From contig NC_043012.1 of NCBI RefSeq assembly GCF_006345805.1, positions 30,814,001 to 30,878,000 on the forward strand: a stretch of DNA of 64,000 bases, in the 5' to 3' direction. This document shows, piece after piece, positions 13,880-27,635 of the stretch. The notes beneath the pieces were generated by a model. It worked only from the letters and a program-made list of their open reading frames with translations. It did not search any database and had not been told where the DNA came from. This stretch comes from Octopus sinensis (taxonomy: Eukaryota). Made by a program: the position numbers and the translations under genes. Numbering within the stretch: position 1 is the first letter of the stretch; every line of letters begins with the position of its first letter.

Positions 13880-14100
13880 AAACAGATCTGGTGTTAGAGC
13901 GTAACAGACCGGACCTGGTGGTTGTGGACCAGATGCACCACATATGCTATAACAGTAGAACTGTTACAAAAGGTTTTCCTCCTTGGCACGGCGGCCAGAA
14001 TAATCAGGAAAGTATTAGTTGAAAAGAACAGATAACACGGTATTGTATGCTGCAGATAGCAAGTCCCCTAGGCATGCAAGATTCTAGGAGTTCCAACAAA
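13880..14100 (+). mobile_element. R4/Dong-type RLE LINE 3' fragment, decayed
   Basis: NRPDLVVVD and ELLQKVFLLGTAARIIRKVL* in translation; follows a (TAA)n tract. Confidence 0.6.
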
Positions 14101-15548
14101 ACCTGCGTTAAAAAGAATAATTTCTGTATTGCACGGTGGGGTTGTAGATAAGGGGATTTTGCAAAGCTAAATGCAAAATCTTGGGTAGCTGACATAGAAT
14201 AAGATACGAAAGAAATTAGCTAACAATAAAAACAGTATCAATAACAATAACATGAATGAATCGAGTGGGGTGAGGTCGACCAGCTGGGAAATGAGGGGCT
14301 GTTCAATCAGGGAGCAGCCCCACTCGATTCCGGATTATCTTTTCTACGGCGTTTTCTCCAAGGTTTGTTCTTCGGGTTACTGGTAAAGCTGAAAATAAAT
14401 CCGTCCACTCGGAACCCACTCATCATTCATACCCATTCTTTTGTATCGTCCCATTAACCTCCCAATTTTGGTTTCAAAAGTAAATCTCAAGATGTTGATG
14501 AAAGACTTGAGCCTAGGATCCCATCATCGTTGAATTTGATATAGAAACTTTCCCCAGATCTCATCAGACACACCGAAGTCCTTAACTCTCATAAAGTCAA
14601 TTTCCAACTTTTGTCTTTATTATCATTTCACTGTTCGAAGCGTATTTAATTTACTTTTTAGTAAAAGTTATAGATTATCATCCATGTTAAGTTAGTTTAG
14701 TCGAGATACCTCACTCGCCACCTAGGCGAGCGCTAGGCATAACAACTACATAGAAAGGGGTTCTACAAAAGAAAATAAAAGGGGGTTAAAAACCGCTGAG
14801 CTAGACGAACAGAACAGGGTCTGGTTTCAGGATTTCCAATCCTGACCAACACACAATCTCCATTCCATATTTTATCTTTTGGTTTTGAAGAAAAGCAATG
14901 CGTTTGATCCATCAGGGTCTCCGAGGCAAAGAAGAGGATGCCCAAAGTCAGTCGAAGGGCCAAAGGATAGTGTTAAACCGGGTGAGAGTTTATGAGACCA
15001 CAAGGGCATTTGAACTAAGAATACTGATGGCCGGAACAAATAGCGCAAAGTATGTGATGCAATTTACATACATTTCCACCAATCCACGCTCCTGGATCGG
15101 TGAGTTTTCATTGACCCAAAAGGGTGGTACAGTAATGTTCGCTATAGAAGGATTTGAAATTCGAGCGCACAGTCAGAACAAATACAATGATGCATAGAGT
15201 CCGATGCTCTAACGACTCAGCCAATTGCCTCAGAAAGTAACAGAATTGTTTGCTCTTCGGGACAAAAGGGATATAAGGTGGAGCGAGCGTCACAGTAGCG
15301 GGATCCATCGTATAAGTGAAACAAAACTATTCAGTATATCTCCACAAGTAAGTCGGCTGGGTTCGAACACAGAACGTAGCTTCTGTGTGTGTGTCATGTG
15401 TGTGTGTGCTACACGCATGCGCTGTTTAACCCTTCCGAGACACCATGTCTCGCACCAGCCCGCTAGTCACTGCATCCATGATTGTTCATCGAACTGACTC
15501 GCCAAGCAGTATTTCCCTGATTATAGTGTGTATAGCTAAATGGTAATA

Positions 15549-15763
15549 ATCCTTTCTAATATAGGGCACAAGGCCTGAAATGTTGGTGGAGGGGACCAGT
15601 CGGTTAGATCTACCCCAGTACGCAACTGGTACTTAATTTATCGATCCCGAAAGGAGGAAAGACAAAGTCGACCGCGCCGGAATTTGAACTCAGAACGTGC
15701 AAACAGACGAAGTACCGCAAAGCATTTCGCCCGGCGTGCTCACGATTCTGCCAGCTCTCCGCC
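15549..15763 (-). mobile_element. tRNA-derived SINE (family A)
   Basis: Reverse complement of the 3503-3718 family. Confidence 0.85.
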
Positions 15764-15910
15764 TTATATCGAAACAGTTATACCACTAGTGGTCAGTTAT
15801 TTTGGGCAGGGCTCAGTATCTTTTATTTGGACTATTGTTGATTTTGTAGATTTTGAGCAAAAGTCACCTACATAGTGCAAATAGGTAAATGCCCACACAT
15901 ATATAAAATA

Positions 15911-15981
<71 letters not shown>

Positions 15982-15999
15982 TATACATATATGATTGCA

Positions 16000-16296
16000 C
16001 CTTGACAGTTACCCTCTCAGGCACAAGTTCAGGGAAGCTTGTTTATGGAAGACCAGCAGTCGCCCATGCATACCGGCTTCGCCTCTCCACGCCACCAATG
16101 TTATCCAAGGGAAAGGCAAAGGGGCCGATACAGCTTGGCACCTGTGACGTCGCAACTCATTTCTACAGCTGTGTGAACTGGAGCACGTGAAATAAAGTGT
16201 CTTGCTCAGGAACACAACACGCAGCCCGGTCCAGGATTCGAACTCACAACTAACGACCGTAAGCTCGACGCTCTAACCACTGAGCCATGCGCCTTC
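16000..16296 (-). mobile_element. tRNA-derived SINE (family B, CORE-like body)
   Basis: Minus strand has A-box TGGCTCAGTGG and B-box GTTCGAATCC, followed by TGTGTTCCTGAGCAAGACACTT (CORE-like segment). Confidence 0.8.
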
Positions 16297-16324
16297 ACAC
16301 ACACACACACACACACATACACAC

Positions 16325-16382
<58 letters not shown>

Positions 16383-16497
16383 ACATATATACATTATATA
16401 TATGCATACATACATATATATTTACATATATATATTTGTATATATATATACATATATATATATGCATACATATATTATATATATATATATATATATA

Positions 16498-16533
<36 letters not shown>

Positions 16534-16973
16534 TGTGTGTGTGTTGTGTGTGTGTATACACACACACACACATGTGTGCATGTAACCGTGCGATCTCACA
16601 CGCCTCCCATAAACCTTTGCTCTTCCTCTCGCCCACATAATTCGCAGATTCTCTCTTTTGCCAGCTTTTCCTATTATCTCTTATCCATACTATAGTTGTA
16701 CGTCTATACACATACTTAAGCGCGCACAGACATACTCACCTATCTGTGATTTATATTCCACCGCCTTTATGATTATGTTGCTCTTTGGTGTGTGTATGTG
16801 TGCCTCTGTGTGTGTGTGTGTGTGCGTGTGTGTGTGTGAGTGTGTGTGTGTGTGTTTATATTCTATGTGTTTATCCATTTAAGGTCGAAGCCAGATACAC
16901 ACGATTAGTATAAAACGAGTCGCTTTGGTTGACATATCGACAAGACGTTGGTTCGGAGTTGGGAGTTCAATTT

Positions 16974-16974
<1 letters not shown>

Positions 16975-17031
<57 letters not shown>

Positions 17032-17179
17032 GAGAGAGAAGAGAGGAGAGAGAGTGAGAGAGAGAGTTGAGAGAGAGAGAGGAGAGGGGGAGAAAGAGAG
17101 AGAGAGGGAGAGAGAAGTGAGAGAGTGAGAGTGGAGAGAGAGAGAGGTGAGAGAGAGAGAGGAGAGAGAGAGAGAGAGG

Positions 17180-17219
<40 letters not shown>

Positions 17220-17265
17220 GAGAGAGAGAGAGTGAGGAGAGAGAGAGGGAGAAGAGAGAGAGAGG

Positions 17266-17319
<54 letters not shown>
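16975..17319. repeat. (AG)n polypurine tract
   Basis: Directly visible, ~345 bp. Confidence 0.95.
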
Positions 17320-17320
<1 letters not shown>

Positions 17321-17659
17321 TGTTGTGGAAGAGAAGGGGAGAGAAAACCATTCAAATGCAATAATCTAAAAAATATTTCTTCCTACTCTCGGTGCTAAGC
17401 TGGCGATTTCAGACCAGGGGACTGGTCGACCCCACTGCCTGACTGGCACTTATTTTATCGACACCAAAAGGATGTAAGGCAAAGCAGGTTTCAGTGGAAT
17501 TTGAACACTGAACGTTAAGAAGGGGGGAAATACCTCTAAACCCGTTTGTCCGGCGGGGCTAACGGTTCTGCCAAGCTGACCAAACAACTTCCTCAAGAGA
17601 GAAAAAGAAAACTTCTTAAAATAATCTCAAACTGTTTTTTAATGTATCCACAACATCAA

Positions 17660-17683
17660 CAACTACTACTGCTGCTGCTGCTG

Positions 17684-17736
<53 letters not shown>

Positions 17737-17815
17737 GCTACTGCTACTGCTACTATTACTACCGCTACTACTACTACCGCTACTACTACTACCGCTACTA
17801 CTACTACTGCTACTG

Positions 17816-17852
<37 letters not shown>

Positions 17853-17854
17853 CG

Positions 17855-17889
<35 letters not shown>

Positions 17890-19320
17890 GCTACTACTAC
17901 TACTAATGCTACTGCTGCTACATTGTAGATGTGAAAGCGGTAATAATTATGTGGTGGTTGGTGGAAGTGGTGTTGCTAGAATAAAGGAGACGTTTTGGCG
18001 GTGGTGCAGGGTTGGGTGAATACAGCTGGTTTGAAGATGTTGTGGTTGGGATGTAGTAGTTGCTGTGTGGCATGATGGTGTGGTGTCGTAGTGGTGGCGA
18101 CTGTATTAGTGGTTGGTGATAGTGGTGGTGGTGGATGGTGTTGTGTTATATCAGTGCTGGTGATGTGGTAGTGATAGGTGTAGTGTTGTAGTTGTGGTAA
18201 TAGTGTTAGTGGTAGACGCAATAGTGTGATGGTGGTAGAGGAGGTAGTGTTAGTGATCTGGTGGTTGCTTTGCTGCAGTTGCGTAGGTAGAGATTGTCGT
18301 GGTATGAATTGGTGGTCTTAATGCTGTATTGGTAGGTGTTAGGGGTGTGGTGGTGGTGATACGGGTAGCAGTGGTGACCGTGGCATCCCTGTTAGTGGTG
18401 GTAGTGAATATGGTGGTGGTGCTGGTGGTTGTAGTGAGAGTCGCAGTGTGTCTGTGGTAGTAGTGGTAGTGGTGGCAGTAGTATTAGTAGTGGTGTTGTA
18501 TTAATGGCAGGAGTGGCAGTAGTAGTAGTGGTTGTAGTGGTGGTGGTGGTGGTTGTGAGGGTTGTAGTGCTGTGTTAATAGTGGGGTGGTAGTGAGAAGG
18601 ATAGTAGTGGTGGTAGTTGGTGCTATTCGAGATAATACTAGTGATGCTGCTGCTGCATGATGGTGGTGGTGGTGGTGGTGGTCTCCTGCTGTGACTGTTA
18701 TTTCCTGCATCAAGGTAGCAAGCCCCAGAGCCTCGGATCCTGTTTCTTGGCACACTTCCGGGAGGCGACTCCCAATGATATGCAATCCGAACTCTTCATC
18801 CTCTTGGAAATTCATTAGAGGCAACAACAACAACAACAACTGTTACAATAACAACAGCACCAGTGACACCACCACCACCACCACCAATAGCAACAACAGC
18901 AAGACCATCGCCATCACCACCGTCGTCGCCGCCACCACCACCACCGATAACAACTACAACTGAAGCCACAAGAGAAACAGCAGCAGTAGCAGCAGCAGCA
19001 GCAGAAGCAACAACAAGGATAGCAGCATCCCCAGGATGATCCCGTTCTCATTACCATCACCACAATACGTCGTTTTCACGACACCACGACTAATTAGCCT
19101 GCGCCTCCTCCACCGCCGTCTAATTCGGTGTGGATAGCAACTCTCATGGCGGTGGTGACGATGTTGATGTTATTGTTGGTAGTGGTGGTGGTGGGGTGGT
19201 GGTCGGAATTGTGGCAGTGGTGAAGGTACGTAGTGGAGGTGCTAGTGCTGGCGGTGGAGGTGGTCGGGATTTTGGCAGCTGTGGAGGTAGTGGTGGTGGT
19301 GGTGGTGGTGTTATCAGGAT
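17660..19320. repeat. Trinucleotide-rich low-complexity block (CTA/CTG, GGT/AGT, CAA/CAC/CAG)
   Basis: Directly visible; contains a short unique island at ~18680-18820. Confidence 0.85.
18501..18839 (-). CDS. Candidate coding exon (unverified)
   Basis: Acceptor-like TTATTGTAACAG directly precedes an open frame LLLLLLPLMNFQEDEEFGLHIIGSRLPEVCQETGSEALG...; no recognised domain. Confidence 0.2.
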   Translation of the reverse strand: MLLLLLPLMNFQEDEEFGLHIIGSRLPEVCQETGSEALGLATLMQEITVTAGDHHHHHHHHAAAASLVLSRIAPTTTTTILLTTTPLLTQHYNPHNHHHHHYNHYYYCHSCH

Positions 19321-20848
19321 TGAAAGGTGGGGTAGGTGGGTGGACACAACTAAGTTTGCTTAAAACTTTTGAAACTTATCCAAGAGAATGGCGAAGGCAA
19401 AAGTATTGCAAGGATCTGAACTATTTGGTCTTCGCGCATCTTTTTCTGGCAGAATCGTTGCAGCATCGTAAAAAATACTCTGCATTCTATCCCCTGGCTC
19501 TTCATGTTCTGAGTTCCAGTCTTCCTGAAGTCGACTTTGCCTTTCATCATTTCGGTGTCGATAAAATAAAATAGCAGTTGTGTACTAGGGTCAATGTAAT
19601 CTTTTCATTCCCTCTACACCTGTGTGGGCGACACTAAAAAAAATAGGGTAAGGATTTGGTACACTTATTAGAAAAAAAACCTTGCCTTCTGGTATTTCTT
19701 CCGGTTCGTTACGCCCTGAGTTCAAATCCTGTCGAGATTAACTTTGCCTTTCAGTGCTTCCAGAGTTGTTCAAATAAAGAACCCATTAAGAATTGATTTC
19801 ATCGATTTACCGAACTCTCCGCTAAATGTTAGGGCTTGGGTCTCTGATGGATACAATAAAGCTGCGTCAGAGGATGGATGTGGCTATTTTGTTAGTCTGA
19901 GAACTGATGGATGAGGAATACTTCAAATATTTACACATTATAATTGTTGCTTAACCCTACGTCCGGTCAAACTTGATTCAGCTAAAAGACGAGTAAAACC
20001 ATTCCACCGGAAATCTCTGTCAGAAGAAAAAGAGCTGGAACAAATATCGGAAGACGCCTTATCTCATCCTCTAACGCTTCTACCAACCCTCAGCTCTGCA
20101 GTGGTGTATTTTTTTTATCGTCCCCCAAAAAATTAAAATCAAAGTTGACTTCAGCGGGACTTGAACACAGAGTGCAGAGATTCAGAGGACATACAGGAAG
20201 GCATTCAACCCAACGCTCTAACAACTCAATTAATCGGCGACTCCAATCTTTATACAATAGAGAGTGGATTGGCCGAATCGTTCGATAGTTGGATAATATC
20301 CCTTGCGGTGTTTTAGTCCTGTGCTCAAACCCTGCTAAACTCAGTGTAGATAGACTGATAGATATGCGTAATTATGCATATAGTATGTATATATCTACAC
20401 ACACACATTTATATAGCTTTGTATATAAACGTACAAAATACAGGTTGTACTGAGGTCATTATTGACTGATTAATGTATCGCAGGAATATTTTTGAACGAT
20501 ACATTTCTCTCACAAACTTATTTGTACTGGCATTGAAAACCTTATCGTCTTTTGAAGGGGAGATAATTGGATCAAAGCAATACAGAAACACTAACGAGAT
20601 TCATAGCTTATTCTGTGGGCAGCCCATATATATATATATATTTTGATTTTGATTTGAAAACCCCACTAGAATGGGAGAAAGCGCTAATGATCTAAATGAT
20701 ATGATATATATGTAAAAAATGCAATATATAAATAAATATCTGTAAATATAAACCATCCGATCTTCTGATTACCTCATTTCTTCTAATATATAATACCTGT
20801 ACATCATCTCCAAACCTTCCAATATATATATATATATATATATACACA

Positions 20849-22105
20849 CAGGGTGTCCCCAAAATATGTATACACACTTTAGCAGCTGATAACACGATGG
20901 GTTTTTTTCTTTCCGGATGAAACCCAGTGGAATTAATGATGGCAGATATACTAAGTTTTGAACTAAGGAAATTCATTCTAAATTGCTACTGAATGTATGA
21001 AAACGCAGTTTAAGTGCAAAGACAGTTTATGGGGGAGATTCAAACAGATCCACCAATGTGACTTGCCACCACCCAAATTAGAGATAAGTTTGAACCCAGT
21101 GGAACTGTTCAGAATGTTCACAAGAAGCGTTTCGGAAGACCACAGCGAACATCGACAACCCCCACAAACCAAGAAGGAGTGCTGGAAACGTATCACCAAT
21201 GTCCAAGAAAATCTATGCGGCAAGCGAGTCGTGAGGTAGGTATGTCAAAATCATCTGCCCAACGCATTTTGAAGCATTGTCAATGGAAAAGTTACGTTCC
21301 AAGATTAGTCCATGCTTTTAATGATGATCCAGTCCGAAGAGTGCAGTATTGCGGGTGGTGCTTGGCACGATGTGTAGAAGATGCACACTTTCCAACAAAG
21401 ATTGTGTGGAGTGATGAGACCACATTCAAATTAAATGGTTCAGTTAACCGCCAAAATTGCACCTATTGGGGACATGAGGATCCGCATGTTATGGTAGAAC
21501 ACAATGTTAATTCACCAGGAGTTACAGTATGGTATGGCTTATCATCAAGAGGATTAATTGGACCTTCTTTTTTTATGCTACCTCGATTGGTCCCATTTAG
21601 TTGAACTTGCTGCAACAGTCTGTCATGCCAAGCATTAGACAAGACTTTGAAGATGAGGAATTTTGTCTTCAGCAAGATGGGGCACCCCCATACTACCATC
21701 ACGATGTTAAATCCTTCCTTGATGAGATCTTGCCAAACAGATGGATTGGACGAAGGGGTTTTGATGAATACCCTCCACGTTAACCAGAACTCCCACCACT
21801 AGACTTTTTATGGGGATACCTAAAAGACAAATCCTACGCTATGAAAGAGTCGCTGATTTGAGAGCAACCATTGAACGAGAATGCACACAAATACCAAACG
21901 AATTGTTTCGTGATGTTTGCGATTCCATTGCTTCACGTTGTCAGCAGTGTCTGGACTAGAACGGGCGTCAGTTTGAAAACAGTTGTTGACAAAACAATAA
22001 AATAATGTCTGTAGATTCCATTAAATTTTGGAAACGAAACGTATTTTAATAAACACCTACTTTACAATTATTTAAAGTGTGTATACATTTTATTGGGACA
22101 CCCTG
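20849..22105 (+). mobile_element. Tc1/mariner DNA transposon, DD41D (rosa-like), pseudogenised
   Basis: TIRs CAGGGTGTCCC.../...GGGACACCCTG followed by TA; motifs WSDETTF and QQDGAP; 41 codons between the QQDGAP Asp and the final Asp; frameshifts and an in-frame stop. Confidence 0.9.
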
Positions 22106-22157
22106 TATATATGTGAGTGTGTATGTGTGTATACTCAGACACTTTCCACAAGCCTGC

Positions 22158-22260
<103 letters not shown>

Positions 22261-22639
22261 CACACACATGCATGTGTGTGTGTATGTATTTGTGCAAACA
22301 CGTATAAAATTTATACCACAATTGGTAGCCTATAATATCCTTGTTCTCTAACAAGTCAGTCACCAAATTTTTGACGGTGTAAGTGGAAAGGGCGTGTCTG
22401 TAAGTTGATGGGGAACAAATACCACAAGTGCGTTTGGTTGATAAACAGTGTTTTTTTAATGTTATTTCGATGTAACGCATGTATGCGTAACGCACGAAAC
22501 ACACACACACCTATATACATACATATGTATATTTATGCTTGTGTATATGTATATATATACACATACATAATTACCTATACACATATATACACGCATACAT
22601 ACACAGCCACAAATACACATACACACACAATTCTGTTAA

Positions 22640-23165
22640 CAACAAAAATAATTAACAATATTCTCCATCAAAACGTCTAACTCCCTACCCACAATTATAA
22701 AACACATCGAAGCTAATATTAGCAACAAAATATCAAATCTCTCATCCGGTAAGTAAGTAATAAGCATGCTTTCCCACACTACAATGCAGAATATGCATGT
22801 TTTCAATAACAAAAAGAAATACAGAGAGCATTAGATACTAAAAAAAGCGAAATATAAAAGCAAGAAGACAATATGGTATGATCTCCTGTTCAGCATAAAT
22901 GTATCCCCATGTATATCAAGGAACTGCCTGACATTTATACATACATATTTCACCACTTTATGTAGATACTACAAGTAATATGATAATAACATCTTTAGCT
23001 GTTTTGAACAACATAGACTCACACATCTTCAAGAAAAACCGGAAACACAGCTGCTCTAGTCGGCCACTAGGAAATACAGAGAATATTTAACAGAAATATC
23101 GTTTAAACCGACTACAGTCGTACATGGGAAAATGTACTCAATACAAGATGTGGAATATATGTTTT
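22640..23165 (+). mobile_element. Decayed PLE fragment (RT thumb/linker)
   Basis: Translations SNSLPTIIKHIEANISNKISNLSS (SNHPP..IK..ISNLS-like) and IWYDLLFSINVS (IWFNPPFS.NV-like). Confidence 0.6.
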
Positions 23166-23169
23166 GTAA

Positions 23170-23560
23170 TATACACTTAACAGGATTAGTATCTTCCTTG
23201 ATGCTAGTCGGAGTTTCGTGGTATGGCCGTTTCATCAGGTATCACAGACTGGACGATTTTGAAAGTTTATTTTATCCAAGATATAGAACTCTTCGTTAGT
23301 TATCACGGCTCATGTAATCTTTGAACATGGATTTTATTGGAGGGCTCAAAGAGGAAGATGAAAAAACGCGCGCAGTGTTGACAATCATACCCAGGGGAAT
23401 TAATGTTTAATGCTTTTAAGAGACGACCTCCTTCATACCTTTTAGATAAAACTTTAATTTTCATTTTACATTTATCCAATTTGTAAATCAAATAGGGTAT
23501 ATTTAAAAGGCTGAAAGCTGAATGTTTATTTGTGAATATATATCGAAATTAGGTGGTGTT
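23170..23560 (-). mobile_element. Decayed PLE 3' end (GIY-YIG C-terminus plus HHR)
   Basis: IYKLDK...VLSKRYEGGRL...CQHCARFFI resembles a PLE endonuclease tail; an HHR-like motif lies downstream on the same strand. Confidence 0.5.
23200..23243 (-). ncRNA. Degenerate minimal hammerhead motif
   Basis: Minus strand: GATAC-CTGATGA-A-ACGGCCATACCAC-GAAA-CTCCGAC-TA-GCATC; intact core boxes with mismatched stems. Confidence 0.5.
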
Positions 23561-23637
23561 TCCTAAAATTAGGTGGTGTTTTCGAAATTAGGTGGTGTTA
23601 ACCTAGTGTATATATATATATATATATATAATATATA

Positions 23638-23732
23638 TATAATTTGAATGGAGGCAGTACAAACGGAAAACTAGAAGAACATGAGTCCTGTTCCTCTAGT
23701 ATTCCGTTCGTATTGCCTCCATTTAAATTATA
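23638..23732. repeat. ~95-bp fold-back hairpin
   Basis: TATAATTTGAATGGAGGCAGTAC..ACTAGAAGAACA pairs with TGTTCCTCTAGT..GTATTGCCTCCATTTAAATTATA. Confidence 0.8.
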
Positions 23733-23948
23733 AATTGGAACTTAGCTCAATTTGACACTACAAACACGCACACGCGCACATCGGGTGTATATGTACGCAT
23801 GTACACCTGCGTGAGTGTTTATGTGGGCGAGGGTATGGAAATGTGTACACATAGATATACACCCACATATCTTTAGCCTTTTAACACTTTCTCTCTCTCT
23901 TTCTCTCTCTTTCTCACACACACATACTCTCTCTCTCTCTCTCTCTAT

Positions 23949-24024
<76 letters not shown>

Positions 24025-25171
24025 ATACACACGTATGTAAGCATATATCGTATTTATACATACAGATATATATGCACTATATGTGTCCATATGTATTATG
24101 TGTGTGTATGTGTGTGTGTGTATGTGTGTGTGTGTATAGATGCACACCCACCGACAAACCAGCCTGCACACCAACTTGCCCCAATGCCAAATCAACACTT
24201 TATTCATTAAGTCAGGTTGATTCTCAAACGAAATAAGTGGAATACTTTGTCATCTATGTATGTATGTGTGTATGTGTGTGTATATAATATACATGCTATG
24301 TATGTACGCGTGTGAGTATATATATGTTTATACAGCTATATATTGATATGTATGTATCTATACGTATGTATATGCGTGCGTGTTATGCTTGTATATGTTT
24401 GTGTGATTATGTAATTGATCACAAGTGTTTGTGTATGTGTGTGAGGCATGTGTGTGTGTGTGTGTGTGTTGACTTGTTGTTGGGGGTTGGTGAGCTGACT
24501 GGCTGGTTTGGCGACTGGGCTGGCGGAGAGAGCTGCTGCTCGTATCTATATTTAATTATTGGCATTGTAATTCTTAGTTTTTCAGACGCCGTTCGTAATT
24601 TTGGTGCTGCCGTTATTGTTGTTGTTGTTGTTGTTGTTATTTGTTGTTCACTGAAATATATTTGTTGCTGTTGTTGTTGTTGTTGTTGTTGTCAGTGGTG
24701 GTGGTCGCTGATAAAAGATGTTTCAAACGGCCTTCTAGTTATTGATGAGGGTTGTTGTTGTTGTTGTTGTTGTTGTTGTTACCGTCTCTGATATGAATTT
24801 CACTCATTTATATATGAATCTCATACTATTGTTGTTGTTGTTGCTGTGGTCGTTCATACTGTTCAACGATGTCGCTACCCTTGTTGCTGTAGGAATTGTT
24901 GTTGTGCTTGAGTTGTTGTTGTTGTTCTTGCCGTTGTCGCTGCTCTTTTTCTATTTCTTATTGTTGTTGTTGTTGTATTGGCATTTCTTGTTTACTAATT
25001 CCTGCTTCTTGTTGTTTTGACATTTTGTTTATTTTTATAAATTATTCTTTTTATTAATTATATTTTGTCTTTTCTTTTCATAATCCCCCCCCCCTGTTCT
25101 AAAATCCGTGGGTGAGCGTGGAGAGGGCGATGCAACCAACGGACGGAAGGTTGATTGTCACATCAATAATA

Positions 25172-25385
25172 ATTTTTTTCTACTCTAGGCACAAGGCTCG
25201 AAATTTTTGGGGAGGGGGCCAGTTGATTAGATCGACCCAGTACGCAACTGGTACTTAATTTATTGACGCCGAAAGGATGAAAGGCAAAGTCGACCTCGCC
25301 GGAATTTGAACTCAGAACAAAAAGAATGATGAAATACCGATAAGCATTTCGCTCGGAGCGCTAACGCTTCTGCCAGCTCGCCGCC
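25172..25385 (-). mobile_element. tRNA-derived SINE (family A)
   Basis: Reverse complement of the family A sequence. Confidence 0.85.
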
Positions 25386-25458
<73 letters not shown>

Positions 25459-25954
25459 TAATAATAATCAGAAGAAGAAGAAGAAGAAGAAGAAGAAGAA
25501 GAAGAAATGTGAAGATGATGATTTATTCTATTTGTCACCAGGGCGATGGATAAGGGGTACAATATAAAGTCAGACAGAAAATTTGGGGATCTACATAGAA
25601 TGCAGTGATTAGGGTATAAATGGTAAAAGCGTTTACAGAAGTAGTGAATGTGAGTATAGATGGGATGGGGGGGACACTAGCAATAACACAAACAATGAGA
25701 ATGAAACAACAAAAAGCAAAAAGACAAACGACAATGAAAATAGCATTTGCAACAAAAACACCAATAACAATACCAAAGGTTAACAACCTCCCATTCTCTG
25801 TTCTGTCCTTCAGACATTCTTCAGATCTTGTTTCACACTTCAAGCATTGTTAGGCTTTGAGATACAAATGTCTGTCTGACATAACTAAACACACAAACAC
25901 ACATACAAACTCTCACATACATACGCACATACATACAAGAAAACCTAGCATACA

Positions 25955-26015
<61 letters not shown>

Positions 26016-26256
26016 AGAGAGAGAGACACACACTAACACACATATATATGTTTGTATGTGTGTGTGTGTATATATACAGACGCACACACATACGCCTAGC
26101 ATGTGCACATATTCACAGAACTCACATGTACACATCTACACCATACAGATACACTGGTAAATGCCCATACACATACACCGGATGAATGAAAAGATGGAAG
26201 CAAAGTTAAACATTGCAGGATTTGAACTCAAGCCACCAAGGACCGAGCCAGATACT

Positions 26257-26452
26257 GAGCTGGCAGAATCGTAAACGCATCGGAGAAAAAAATCTTCGCT
26301 GAATTTCTCACTCTTTACGTTCAAAGTTAAAATTCCGCCATGTTCGGCTTTGTCTCTTTCGGGGTTCGTTAAAATAAGTACCATTCGATCACTGGGGTCG
26401 ATGTAATCGACTTAGCCTCGTCCCCCATATTTCAGGCCTTGCGTCTATAGTA
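26257..26452 (+). mobile_element. tRNA-derived SINE (family A), diverged
   Basis: GAGCTGGCAGAATCG head and ACTGGGGTCGATGTAATCGAC body. Confidence 0.75.
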
Positions 26453-26457
26453 AAAAA

Positions 26458-26534
<77 letters not shown>

Positions 26535-27635
26535 CACTACTACAATTTTTCTTTCAATTTTGCTTCCATTTCTTGCCGAGTGCATAGAAACTCATGGTAT
26601 ACATTGATTGGCCATACATGGGTAGTTGTGGTTCTCGCATCGCCAACGCTCGTGCCATTGTAGACATTGAGCAACCACAGCAGGTTGTCCAAATTGTATC
26701 TAGATAGAGTATTTGTCAGTAGATAAGGATAACGAAGAATGTCCACAGTTCAAACTGATCGGCTACAAACCACAATCTCTTTTCTTCCAGGACATCACCA
26801 TGAAAGTTACCAGCTTGCTTTAGAATAATATTCGTGTTTCAAACACATATTTCTCCATCCACCTTTTGTAGCCGTTAGACGCAATAAAGATGTGAGAGAA
26901 CTATTAACCACTACCTCTTATCTCAATAAAAACTTCATTGCACAGGGGCAGATAAATCGCATTTTTGAAGCATTTTCGCAGCGTTAAGGCCCATAACTTG
27001 AAGAGTATCCAGTCGCTTTCCTCTAAATTTGCAACAAACATTAATCAGGTTCCTCGAATTACTGTTGACTAAAAAAAATTCTGACGCCGACTATGCCCCT
27101 CCTCCAAATGCAGATTAATCAGATTTGAGTATACTGAACTGGGTTCTGTCTTTGTTTTAGACCATTTTCCGACGATACAATATTGACACTACTTATGCAT
27201 TATAAGAAGCGTATAATATTTCCTGGAAACCTTTTTGTCCAATTTGGCAGAGGAAATGAGAAGAACATTCTAATTTTTGTCAGTGCCCTGTTGATTCTTC
27301 ATGTTACCATCCCGCGCACCACCGGGCCATGTGCGTGTGTATGCGACTGGATAAAGGCACAGCGAACCCATTCATCCATTCTCCAGAAGTGCCCTGTTGA
27401 TGTTTCACGTTTCCAATCCTGCGCAACGCACCATGGCCCGGCAGCATGTCTGCTTTCTATGTCATCCATGTCTCAACTATATAATGCAAAATGTTCATAC
27501 AAAAAAACAAACTGATGTTGTGACTCACAGCCATTTGAGTTCGACCGCGTGACCACTTCCGGAAGCTAGGCAAGCAGTCCCCCCGTGTTCCCTCCCTCCT
27601 GTGATCCCTCCCCCGTTTAGTCGGACGAGTAAATA

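Noticed and set aside
18780-18810. EEFGLHIIG resembling a PDZ carboxylate-binding loop
   Set aside because: The rest of the PDZ fold pattern is absent.
23546-23599. Three ~20-bp repeats resembling a mini CRISPR array
   Set aside because: No unique spacers, eukaryotic context; a simple tandem duplication.
24480-25092. Gln/Asn-rich, protein-looking minus-strand sequence after an acceptor-like site
   Set aside because: In-frame stops interrupt the readable frames; at best UTR or low-complexity DNA.
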